Assembly (NCBI RefSeq): GCF_000981445.1
Contig: NC_027217.1
Coordinates: 2,108,001 to 2,172,000 of the forward strand
Direction: 5' to 3'
Length of the DNA stretch: 64,000 bases
Origin: Babesia bigemina
Taxonomy: Eukaryota
Shown here: positions 24,928 to 36,594 of the stretch, one piece after another
Layout: each line of letters opens with the position of its first letter
How positions within the stretch are numbered: position 1 is the first letter of the stretch
Position numbers and translations under genes: made by a program
Notes under the pieces: model-generated
The model's database searches: none
What the model was told of the DNA's origin: nothing
Seen by the model: the letters and a program-made list of their open reading frames with translations, nothing else

Positions 24928-27149
24928 TCATCCGACAGGCGAACCACCTGAGCGCGATGTGAGAGGGGCGTATGTGGAACTCACGTAGCTGCCGAACACC
25001 GTGGTGGCGTCCTTTGGCGCGCGTGTCATGCAGATTGCCACGGTGTTAGTGTCCTGAGCGCAGTGAATGGGCGTAAGCAGCCACCTACCGACGGCATATG
25101 CAGGGTGCCGACCCATGCAAAGGCGTCCGACAGCCGGCAGAGCACGCTGTCCAGGACGCTGGGGGAGCGCGTGAGCACGTTGACCACGAGCAGCCCGTTA
25201 ACTGGCGCGAGAACGTCGGCTACCGAGGCTAACCACTGCGCATCCAGGAACTTGGGATGCGGCGACATCAGCGTGCTCTTCCCCAGCAGGTCCACAGAGG
25301 CCTCGCCGTCCGCGGCCTCATCCAGCACGTTGTTGATGTCGACGACGAAGCACGCGACGTCCACGTTTCCAGCGGTCGCAGCGTCGACGTAGTCGAAGGC
25401 GTCGCCGGAGACGTGGAGCAGGCCCACATCCTCACTGGGCGGCGGCACCAGCCGGTGCTTGGAGATGCTGGCCACGGCGTCGGGCTTGTAGCCGAAGTGT
25501 GACCGCGCGATTTCGACCACAGTGTCATCCACTTCCACCGAGTGGAGCTTGCGGCCGCCGCACGTGCGCCGCAGCAGCCGGGGCAGGGTGCCGGACCCGC
25601 CGCCCAACACCGATATGACGCCGTCGCCGCCGGGGAGGAACGCCATGGCGAGCAGCATGGCGGCGATGTACTCGCTAGGGGCGCTGTCGTCGAAGAAGTG
25701 TTCGACGCCCGCATCATCCACGTAGTACTTAATCTCCGACTGGACGGTCTGCGGTCCGCACGAAAAGACCATCTGGCGGGTGAGCACCTCACGTTTGTCC
25801 CGGTCGTTCGGCTCATCATGGGCCATTATCTCGTGAACCACGATGTCGCCCGCATACAGCGACGAGGCCAGGCGGCGGGGCGCGCGGACGGCGCACGACT
25901 CGCCGGCCTTGAGGATGGTGACGCGTTCGGTCCCACGCAGCGACAGCTTCAGCAGTATGTCGCTCATGTTGTCCTGGATGTACTGCATCAGCACGTCGTC
26001 GCCGAAGCAGGCGTCGAAGGGGTTCACGAAGCCCTTTGCGGTGACCGCGGCTTTGCTGGAGTTGCTGCTGAACTTCAGCCACAGCACGATCACGCGCCGG
26101 GCGCCCGCCTGGCAGGCGAGCTCCTCGTTGCCCTCGGAGGTCGCGTACTGCCAGAAGTGCTCCTGGCCCGACGGCACGATGATGGCGGCGGAGGGCAGCG
26201 AGGCGCCCGCGCAATCCACGCAGTCGTAGACGGCCGCCGTGAAGCACACCTCGTTGTTCATGTCCTTGGGGTAGATGTCGAAGGTCAGCCGCCGCCCGGC
26301 CTTGTAGTCCTGCACGTTGGAGCCTAGGAACAGGGCGCCCTTCACGTTGCGTATGCGCTTCATCAGCTGGCTGAGCTCGAAGTGTTCCATCGGCATGTGG
26401 GGGACCTCGGCCATCATGCACTGCTTGCGCGCACTGGCGCCGCCCGGCGCGCGCTTGTAGATGGCGAACAGGAACTGGATCATGTGCGCCTTGGTGGGTT
26501 CGGCGCCGTACAGCGGGTAGACGTCAATGTAGACGTCCTTCAGCAGCAGGTTGCGCATCAGCTCCGAGACCACGTAGTCCTGCGCGAGCGAGAAGATCAA
26601 AAACACGTCGTCCGCGTCCATGAACGAGAGCGTCGCGTTTATGTAGCCCTTCGCACGGTCACGCGCAACCGACAGGGATTCACCCTCGCCGACGGAAATG
26701 TAGGCGTCCAGGAACGCCTTGTCGATGATCACCTTCTGATGCCCCGCGTACACGCCGCTGATGTCGCGGCCGAACACGGTGTAAGAGTCGCTCGAGACGT
26801 CGATCTCGAGCCAGTGCATCGCCAGCGCCTGGTCCTTCAGACGCATCTCGTCCAGCACGGCGGCGCAGAAGTCGAGGTTGTAGATCGAGCGGTAGCCCAG
26901 CTCGTGGAGCTTGAACGGCAGCACCGAGTTGCCGCATCCCACGTTGATGACGACGCATTCCGCGGGCTTGTGTGTGAAACCGGCGGCGTTGTCGAAGGGC
27001 ACCTTGCTCGACAGGCTGCGGTTGAAGCTGGACAGGAAGTCGTCCAGAGTGCCATACCAGTCGAAGTCCTTCAGATTCGGGTTGCTGTAGAAGCGTTTCC
27101 AGTAGCTGGCACTACGGAAGAAGGAGGCGCCGCTCGGAAACACGTCCAT
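24928..27149 (-). CDS. METTL13: Dual-domain eEF1A methyltransferase METTL13-like; 3' exons approximate
   Basis: F.SASYWKRFY..FDWYG, VINVGCGNS, IIDKAFLDA, AAIIVPSGQEHFWQYATSEG, and a second SAM motif VLGGGSGTL..VEVD. Confidence 0.85.
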
Positions 27150-27172
27150 AGTTCCGGGTACCGCAGGCGCTG

Positions 27173-30100
27173 CTACGCTAGCGGGCGACGACACAAGTGG
27201 CCCTTGAACACCTCCACGTTGTGCACAGCGGCGCCCAGGCGGTTGCAGATCACGCGGCGGAACACGGGAAGGTGCCGCGACTCCACGAGCGATATGCTTA
27301 TGCCGGGGTTGCCAGCTCTGCCGATGCGACCGCTGCGGTGCATATACGACGTCACGTCTGCGAGGTCATGAGATGTGAAGCATATGGACCGACCATGCGG
27401 CAGGTCGTAGTGGATCACGTGGCTGAACCCGCTGAAGTCGATCCCGCGCGAATTCAGCTGGTTCGATATCACCACGCTACGCAGAGGCGTGCCGCCACCC
27501 CTCCGGCGTTTCCCCGCTGCTCCCACGGCGCCGGCTGCGTTGGATTGGAGAACACTCTGAAATGAAAGCTTCCGCGCGAGCTTCCCCTGACGACAGTTCA
27601 ACACCGTGACGTCCGCCGCCAGGAACTTCCGCCGTAAGTAGGATTCCAAAAACTGGGCCGTCCCCTGACGCAATTATGATTAAACAAGCATCCAAAGCAT
27701 GACAGGATTTCTAAACAATAACAACAATGCCACGACAGCTACGGAAGCATCGGATGCACAAAGGAAGAATCACAACAACTGGCCGTGATGTGTAAGCGTG
27801 CAACCTACATTGGAGTCGCAGAACACCAGCGCCGACTTGTCATAGGGATGCGCCTGCAGCAGCTTGCGTAAAAGGGCCAATTTAGCGTCGGCGACGCTGT
27901 AGAGCGCCATAGTGTGCAGGATGTTTCGAGGCGGCGTCGCTTCGGCCTGCGCATCGGCGTCTACTAGGTCAGCCCTAGTGTCGTCCGCGTCGCCGTCGTC
28001 TAACGTTTGTAACCCCGAATGTGCAGCGTCTCCAGCCATATTTTGCGTAGTCACGGTAGAAAGCTTGCCGAAGCACGACGGCGGATCCTTCAGCCTGGAG
28101 GCCGAGAGGCATAGCACATACTTGCCAGTGCGGTCGTTTACGGGAGCGCCTTCAGCAGCTGGCTTCTTTCCCGCTCGGCCGGATAGAATCGCGTCTATTA
28201 CCGCCTTGACATCCGGGTTCTCGATTTCGGTCGGTGGCGCTGCTGACCCTGAGCCGGGTGGCCGCTTGACATGCAGGAAGCCGTCGTACTCGTCGAGGAC
28301 GCAGTACTTGGTGCCTTGCACGTCGAGCGATTTGTGCTGTTTCATCAGAGAATGTGCGCGACCCGGAGTGGCGAACATTACCCCGACCAAACGGCGTAGC
28401 CTTATCGGTTCCGACGGGTCCATTGCGGTAGCCGATGCACCTGAACTGTACAATGCCCTTAAGGCAGCAATAGCCTCACTACGCAGAGCCTGCTGCTTGC
28501 TGCGCAGCTCCTTCAGCGCACGTTTCTGGTTGGCGACGTTGGCGTTGCCGATCAGCAGGATTGGCCGTATCTCCGCATCCAGGATGAACCTCGGCCCACT
28601 GCTGCCAGTTGAAGCCTCCGTGGCGCCACCGTCGACGGCATTCGTCGTATCGTCACCTGCGATTTTGTCGCCGGAGCCTGCGGCGTGTTCAAGGTTGAGG
28701 TGGCCTGCTTTTACCCCAGCGATTTTGCCGAGGATCTTGGCGCCGATTGCACTGAACGGGCTTCGTGAAATAGGCGCCGTGACTGCTTTCTTCGGCGCGG
28801 CTGAATTTATTACGGTACCGGCGCTGGAGTTGTGCTCATAAGCCTTGTACAGTTCCTTACAAACCAGGTGGCTCTGCACCGATAGCTCCACAGATGGGGT
28901 GAGCACAAGGATGTTCTCAGCGAACAAGGAACCCAAGGAACGTATCACGTCGTCCACGTTAACGACAGCGTCGGGTGACGGCGCTGGAAGGGTTGTCCCG
29001 AAATGCAGAACGCGCTGAAACAGTGGCAACAAATACGCCAACGTCTTCCCAGAACCAGTGGGCGCATGGACGGACATGCAGCGAAGCGGTTCATACTCAC
29101 CTTCGTTGTTAGACAGGAACGACGATATAGCCGGGATATACTTGCTCTGCGTGGATGTGGCTTTCGTTATACCCTTCTGGGCCAACGCTTTTATGAGGCC
29201 CGCGTTGCTAATGCCCAACGAGGAGAAGTCGGCACCGGTCGTGTTGAACGAGCTTTTGGCCCTGTGGAAAATCTGGTTAGAGACCGAAAATAGCGAGTTT
29301 ATGTCAACAATGCCGTCGAACCCAACTTCTTTAATGTGCTGGACCTTCTCCTGCAAGCTGATTCGCCTTGGAGAGCCGTTCTTGGTTTGTCTACTGTCAA
29401 CGGCTGCTGATGGGGCTTTGTTGCACTGCATGAGCCGTATTCCCGGCACATCTAGGGGCAGTGAGTTGAAGTCGTTGGCGCTTATGTCCAATGTGTTGAA
29501 GCGCTGGGGAGGGTCGCTGCGGTCTGCATCACCACCGTGGTGGAGGTTATTTGCTGCGCTATCATTGTCTTGGTCAGCAGCAACCGACCGTTTGGACTTG
29601 GAAGCGACATGAGGCTTGCTTTTGATAGGTTGCGGTGAATCAGGTTGTTGAATCTTGTTACAGGGCAGTGACCGAACGACTTTCATGGCGTTTTCCGCCC
29701 CTTTCTTACCTGCTTGCCCAGGGGATGTGGTCTGCTTTGATTCAACACGTTCCGTCATGCGCTTCGCCTTCTTGCCTAAAGCAGCGATTTTGTGTTGCGC
29801 ATCGGCAGAGAGGTGAAGTTTCTGGTTCTTTTGGTTGCTATGGGCGACGTGGCTCAGCAGCGGGTTGAGGCGTTCAGTCGAGGCGCGCAACAACTGCTGG
29901 TGTTCCTGTGCCAGGCGGCGGTTGAACTTCGATATCGCCGCATTTATGTCCACTGGCGACCTCCAATCGCCAGCAGGTGTGTTTTTCGCACGGCTTTGCT
30001 GGCCGTAATTACGTCCAGTTAATCTTGCGTTGGCACTGTCATGGCGTGCACGCCCTTCACCGACGTGCGGAACACGATTGCCGTATCTTGCGCCCCTATG

Positions 30101-31000
30101 CGGTTGCTTACCCATAGCGCTCTTGTATACGTGCGGTTCCATGAAGTGGTCACCATTGTCATAAGGCTCCTCGGAACCACTGACGGTGCCGCGGTTGTCC
30201 GCATACACCTTTGTCAACCACCGGTCCTCTCCGTAGCTGCCTGATTTTCTGCCTGCCTGGTTCCATCTACCGGGTCCTGGAGCCTCATATCTCACAGGCG
30301 CGAATTTCCCAGTCGCCTTACCTTTCCCGCCGTAACTGTTGCGTGTATTTGCAGCACGCGTGTCGTAACGCCCATTTGCAATCCCGACTTCCTTTTGTCC
30401 TCTCCCTTCGGTGCTTCTACGATCCACCTTGGGATCCATTTCGGACATGTAACTGCCGATTGTGGACCCATACTTGCCTTTACGATATATGTTATCTTCT
30501 GTGCCGTTTCTGTGCGATTTGTGGCGGCCGCCTTGGCCGCGGTAGTTGGAGCTGCCACCGCCGTGATCGTGGCCATCTGGGTAACGATGTCGGCCAAAAC
30601 CATCGACACCATCGCCATTTGCCCGGTTACCGTAGCTCCGATCATTTCTAACTGCATTAAGTAATTGGTCCTTTTGAGGGAGCTGTCCCTTTTTGGATTG
30701 CCTCCTCCCACCATCGGCGACTCCTTTGGAGCTACCCTTGCGATGAGCCCCTACTGCGGTTGGCGCAGTTGATCTGCCGAGGCAACCCGGACCCACAAAA
30801 CATTGCGATTTGTTGACTTGGAGGCACTTGGGGTTGTTGAAATCAGTACCGGTAATACCTCGGCCGCCAAGAACATGCAAGGGGCTGCATCCCAGATGCG
30901 GCGGCCGGCAGCCGGGGGCGACAGCCGCCACCCACCGTGCTCGGGGGTCAACAAGCAAATCTAAACATATTCCCAACAAGAACGCCGCATACAGCAGCAT
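27173..31000 (-). CDS. DEAD-box-type RNA helicase with signal peptide and long N-terminal extension (likely apicoplast-targeted); spliced near 27.7 kb
   Basis: APTGSGKTLAY, PSVEL, TPGR, DEYD, SAS, RGIDF, YMHRSGRIGRAG; hydrophobic N-terminus MLLYAAFLLGICLDLL. Confidence 0.88.
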
Positions 31001-31045
31001 TATAGATGCAGGTGCAGGCACCTGCAACACAAGTTGACGAGGACG

Positions 31046-31765
31046 CTACCAATCCTCGTCAACCTTCCACCGGCGGCGCGTCGCCTTCTTTTCCGCCCTC
31101 AACTGCTTTTCGAACTTCTTACGGGCCTTCTCCGCAGGGGTGAGCTTCAGGATGCGGCGTTTCTCCTTCTCGGCCAGACGGCGCAGGGCGCGTGACTGCT
31201 GCTCCTCGGCCTCGTCCAGCCTGCGCAACAGGATCCGAGTGGCCTCAATGCGGTTGTCCAGCAGCGAACGGTGCATGTGGCACTTCACCACGACGTTGGT
31301 GCCCAGCGCAGCGGAAAACTGGATCAGCTGCACGCAGTTGGCCGACTTGTTGACCTTCTGCCCGCCGGGGCCGGTGCCCTTGATGTAGTGCTCTCGCAGC
31401 GGGTGTTCCGAACCGTGCCTCTCACGAAGCTCACGACGCAGTTGAGCCAATGTATCATCCTCGGCCGACTTTCCAGGCGGAGAGTGCTGAATCGGTTCAG
31501 CGGTGCCTTCCTCCTCATGCGCAGCCACGCAAAAGTGCTGCCTGAAAACACCCCGGTACTTCTCGCGAACAGCAACCGGTCCGGACAACTCCCTGTATTG
31601 AGGTTTGTAATGGCTGGAGTGACACGATGGCAATTGGTAAGCACCCTGGACTGGGCACAGGAATCCCCAAGGAGTAGAATCACGACTAAAGCGCCGTAGA
31701 AACAACGAAGCAGCCAAATTAACCGGTAAAATATAAACTAACAGCAGCAACAGCGGTGTTCTCAT
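31046..31765 (-). CDS. Peptidyl-tRNA hydrolase of the RF-1 GGQ family (C12orf65/mtRF-R or ArfB-like) with signal peptide, likely apicoplast
   Basis: KGTGPGGQKVNKSANCVQL, CHMHRSLLDNR, basic C-terminal tail; no codon-recognition domain; leader MRTPLLLLLVYILPVNLA. Confidence 0.85.
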   Translation of the reverse strand: MRTPLLLLLVYILPVNLAASLFLRRFSRDSTPWGFLCPVQGAYQLPSCHSSHYKPQYRELSGPVAVREKYRGVFRQHFCVAAHEEEGTAEPIQHSPPGKSAEDDTLAQLRRELRERHGSEHPLREHYIKGTGPGGQKVNKSANCVQLIQFSAALGTNVVVKCHMHRSLLDNRIEATRILLRRLDEAEEQQSRALRRLAEKEKRRILKLTPAEKARKKFEKQLRAEKKATRRRWKVDEDW

Positions 31766-32135
31766 AAGTCAAAGCCGTAATTAGGCGCGACAGCGGAAAG
31801 GCAGTTTTTTTTAGACCGCTGCATTGCAGCGAGGATTCCTTGGCAGACACCAGTTTATACCCCCTGAATGTTTGCACATACGACCTTACGTCACTTTACA
31901 ATTACGTACGTGGTTGTTAGGGGCGTGTCTGACGGCGATAATCCGCTGACGAAGGGTTAGTGCCCTTGCGGATTGCACATTTGGAGGCACGCCGCGCACA
32001 ACTACGGCGAGCAGTCGTCTTGCCACACTAATCGCGACAGTGTCGTGACTACCCTAAATTAACGGGTAAAGTTGCCGAAAGGGCGAAGGGACCAGCACAA
32101 CGCTTAATCGGCGATAACAGAAAGGACCCTCCGCA

Positions 32136-33177
32136 ATGGCCAACAACAAGGCGGATTCTCCCGAGAGGGCCTCGAAGAAGCACAAGCCCGATCACGATGA
32201 CAGCGGAGAGGTGTGTTTGTGTGTGCATATAACGGTGCCGTCGTGTAAACCGTGGATTTTGAGGCGTTGACCGCCGCTGTTGCATCTTCCGGGAGGAATG
32301 GCCTCCAAAGGCCGCCATTCGTACCATTTCATGTGCTTACTGGGTCTATACTGCCACTTTATTAAGCATTACAAAAGTGCCACAGGACTCGGACAGCTCG
32401 TTGGAGGCCGACTTCCTGTTCAATGACCCCGCGCCGGAAGACAGCGACGGAATCCTGGCCATCATCCAGGGCTACCTCAAGAAAGTGCAGTGGGAGCCCC
32501 CGAAGGACGCCATGGACTCCACGTACGGCATCCTGGCGCACCTGATAGCGAACCAGCCGAATCTCGGCACGTTGGTGAAGACCGGCGACGACGAAGACGA
32601 GCAGGCCTTCGTCATGGCGGTGCTCTCGCTGCTCAACCTGAGGATGTACAAGCAGCTAGAGACGCTGCAGGACGCCATCATCGCACTGACCAAGCAACAC
32701 GGATCGCAGCAGGACCTGGAAGCCATGACCAAGATCCTGGGCAGTGAACGCAACCAGATAGGGCTGCTGGTCAACGAGCGCCTGGGAAACATACCCACGC
32801 AACTGATAGGGAGCCTGCATCAGTGCCTGTACGACGACCTCAACTGGTCGCTGGAGAACGCCGACGACGAGGAAGAGCGCAAGTTCTACAAGTTCACGCA
32901 CCTCATCTCCATAAGCCGCGTGTTCACGGACAACGCGAAGGATTTCCAGGCGAAGCACATGGTGTACGTCAAACCGGAGGAACGCTTCTACTGCGAGGAG
33001 GCCACCGTCAAGTTCATGTGGACCACGGGGGAGTCGAACAAGGTCGACTTCTACGAGGACGGCGACGAGAGCAAACCGTCGAAAACGCGCGTCGTACCGG
33101 AAGCGATGATGTTCATCTGCGTGCCTATCGGCAAGTTCAAGGGCGTGGTGCGGAAAATCGCAGAAACCTTTGCCTGA
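32136..33177 (+). CDS. BCCIP: BCCIP/Bcp1 (p21-C-terminal-binding, uL14 chaperone); 5' exons approximate
   Basis: ADFLFNDP..D.DGI, GTLVK, LSLLNL, GLLVNERLGNIP, YVKPEERF. Confidence 0.85.
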
Positions 33178-33618
33178 AGGGGACGCAGCAGCCGGCAGCG
33201 TGCGGCGCAGCGACACAACGAGGAGCTGCGGAAGGCGCATTAACCAGACAAAAAACAGCAACGTGAATTACCTAAGAATATTATCTACCGCAAACTAAGG
33301 TTATTATCACATTTTTACAACTTTTAGAGGTGGAAGGCGTTGCCGTGTCTGCAGCGGCGCCAACTCGTCGACTGTTAGTTCTTCCAGAGCCAGTTCAACG
33401 CGGTGTCTAAATATATAATTCTGCCGCATATTTGTGTCATTTTTAACAGCCGTAATTTGGAAGCTGTGTGAGTGCCGTGATGATGGCAGTGATGAGAAGA
33501 ACTTGATGTCAACTCAACGGCAACAGTGCGGAATGTAAGGGTGCGAAATTGCGCTTCGCACGTCTACCGTGCCACACCGTATACGTATAAGCTGGAAGGA
33601 GGCTCATAGACAGTAACT

Positions 33619-36527
33619 ATGGAGGAGAAGACAGTATTTGCCAGCACGGAGTCGCCCCGCCGGGTGATCAAATTCGCGACGCCGCCACTCAGGCCGCAGA
33701 AACAGCCTGTGATCAGCTCAATGTCGTTCGGTCTCAACGATGATTTCGCAAACGTCATGGGCGGCGATATGCCGGACTCCAATATGCTGGAGCAGGTCAA
33801 CAGCTGCGATCCAATGCAGTCGCCCAGGAGGATAAACCCGAACGCCGACAGGCTCTCCGGCTTCGCGTCGCTGAGGACGAAAACCTTCGACAACAACTTC
33901 AAGGATATCGAAGGGCTCAAACGCAAGAGCGAATTGATGCACCTCTCGGAGAAGTCCCTCTACAGCAAACTCTTCACGCCCAAGCTAGAGGCGCTGCAAA
34001 GGCTTGTTGAGCCGGGCAGGTTCACCAGCAAGGAAGGTCGGAAGCCCCAAGAGGACGGTTTCGGCGAACGGTTGGCGCAAAAACGGAGTCGCGACCCACC
34101 GAGAGAGGACGAGGGGCACTCCTCCAGCTTAAGCGAGCAGCAGACCCTCGCAGAGGAGCCCGCGCCGATAATTAAGCCGGAATTCCCACTCCATACATCC
34201 CGCGCGCCACAGCGAGGACTGCAAATACTGCACGGTGGAGAGGACTACGACCTGGATGAAGAGATACTACAAAAGCCACTGAGAGCCGAGGGTGAACAAC
34301 AGGCGGAACAAGTGGTAACGTTGGTGTCAAACGACGAGGTGGTAAACGGGGTAAAAAAGAAGAGGATAACAGTCCCCAAGGCGGCGTACAAGCCCCTGGA
34401 GGTCGACGAGAAGTCGTCGAACAAGATCATCCTCCGGGTGGTTGGCGATGCGGGCACCGAAACGGATCACCCGCGCGGTGACGGCGATGCCGAACATTGG
34501 CTCGACGCCATAGAAAACCATATAGAAAAGCTCACCGACTGGGTGGAATTGCGCGGCAATACGCTTACCGACCCCAGGGCTCTGTTCGCCCAGCTTGAGG
34601 CGGTGAGGCCGCTGTGGATGCCGCCGGAGATATTCTATCTGTTCTGCATGAAGCCCGTCGGGATGGACCCCCATGAGTTTCTCGAGCTGATAGAGACGCA
34701 CAACATCGAGGAGTGCGCCGAGAGGCTGCACAAGTTCAGCGTGGTCAACACCAACGCCATGGGCTACGTGATCGACGCGGAAAACGAGACCTTCAAGGAA
34801 CTGAGCAAACTCAACAAGGTGCACAAGCGGCTGGCCAACGAGGAGGACATCTACTCCAAGATCCTGGCCAAGATGATGGACAACTTCAACGGCCAGGTGG
34901 AGGACCTGCTGCAAACCACCAGGCAGGACCTCAGGCTCGCAGCGGGGGACACGTACCTCCAGTACGGCTCCATCAAGAACATGACCTCGTGGCGGATGGG
35001 CGACCCGATCATCAGGGAGAAGGGGTTCGCCCACGACAAGGCGTCGAAGGATAAGATGAGAACGCTCCAACAAATGCAAGAGGTGTTCGGCGAGTACTCA
35101 AACGTCTCCTCCGAAACATCGGTGGACGAGGCCAAATACATATACTACATGAAGCTCCTGCAGGACATGGAAGACAGCGAGCGCGACGAGCTGCGGGAAC
35201 AGCTTGCGCGTGACCGCACGCAAGCCCTGGCGGAGTACTCGGTAAGCGCCATAACTGTGCGTTCGTTCACCGTATTCAGTTTATTGAGCCGCCATTCAAG
35301 CCGCACGACTGCCTCGCCTGGAGGGTTGTCGGGGTGTCATGCAAATCGGTCGTTTGGAAGGTGGGTGGATCCCTGAGGTCCGCTAAAGTGCGTTACAGAT
35401 GTACAACACCGTGAAGTGCGCACCCGTGGTATACAAGCAACGGCTGACGGGCGCCCTCGATGCGAACACCGTGGCTGCGTTGCACAACGGGTTCAAACAA
35501 GCGTTCGACGACATCCAGAAGTACCAAACGAAGTACGCCTACAACAAACAAGTCATTTTCGCCACCGGATTCGAAGTCAGGGCGGAGTGCATCGTGGAAC
35601 GCATGGAGTTCATCAGAGGTAGGTGTAGGAGCGTATGTCAATATGCCACGCAGATGTGCCGGTGTCGGACCTCTTCGAGAAGACGACGCAAATGACGCCC
35701 ACCGAACGCCTTGCTCACGCGCAGGTCATAGTCAGAGAGGTCACGAAACTGGTGCGGCAGCTGCAAGGGATCGATTTCGTCCTGCCACTCAAGTCAAGCA
35801 GACTGTACCTCTCGCCGGCTGGGGCCAGGATCTCGGTGGGCCTCCCCTTCCCCCTGCTCCCCGCCGACACGCGGAACCTCCTCAAAAAGCACGAGAAACG
35901 TACCATCGCAACGCTGCTTTGGGGCAAACAGATCGACTGGTACCTCCCGCCGGAGGCAAGGAACGACACTGGTTTTACCAGGGACCCCGCGGCAGTTGCG
36001 AAGGCGCACGTGTGGATGATCGGCAAGATACTGTACGAAGTGGTGTGCGACACCACCATCTCGAGGTCTTCGCTCGACTACAACAAAATCGAGCTCTGCG
36101 AAGACGCCGACACCCGGGACTTTCTCAAGCTGTGCCTGCAGGAGAACATACTGAAGCGGCCGTCCGTGGACGACCTGCTGAAGCACCCGTTCATGAAGCG
36201 AAGCAAGCTCAACTACGGTATGTTGCCGTCAACGTGCTCGCAACTTGAAACAGGCTCCCTCGGGCCGGTCGACGTCGGCAAGGTGCAGTGCGCCGTTGAG
36301 ATTCTCGGCGACATCGAGACGATCGTTCTCAACAAAATCAACCGCACCGAGAAGGGCGTCGCCGACTACGAGCAGAACGAGAACTGGGAGGCTGTGCTCG
36401 GCGAAAGCAGCGGTAGGTGACACACATCGGCCCTTAACGCGTCGCAGGCGAAGACCTCTGCCCGCTCGGGAACAAGTACGCCTACAACTTCCCCGTCTGC
36501 AGCCGCAGCGCGCCCCTCAAAAAGTAG
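33619..36527 (+). CDS. Large protein with C-terminal degenerate kinase domain (pseudokinase); multi-exon
   Basis: Kinase C-lobe WYLPPE, AHVWMIGKILYEV, FLKLCLQENILKRPSVDDLLKHPF; no HRD or DFG visible. Confidence 0.75.
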
Positions 36528-36594
36528 AACCGCGACAGGCAGAAAATGTAATCTAGCACGTGCAACCACACTAGACACACCACGCGGCCGCGCA

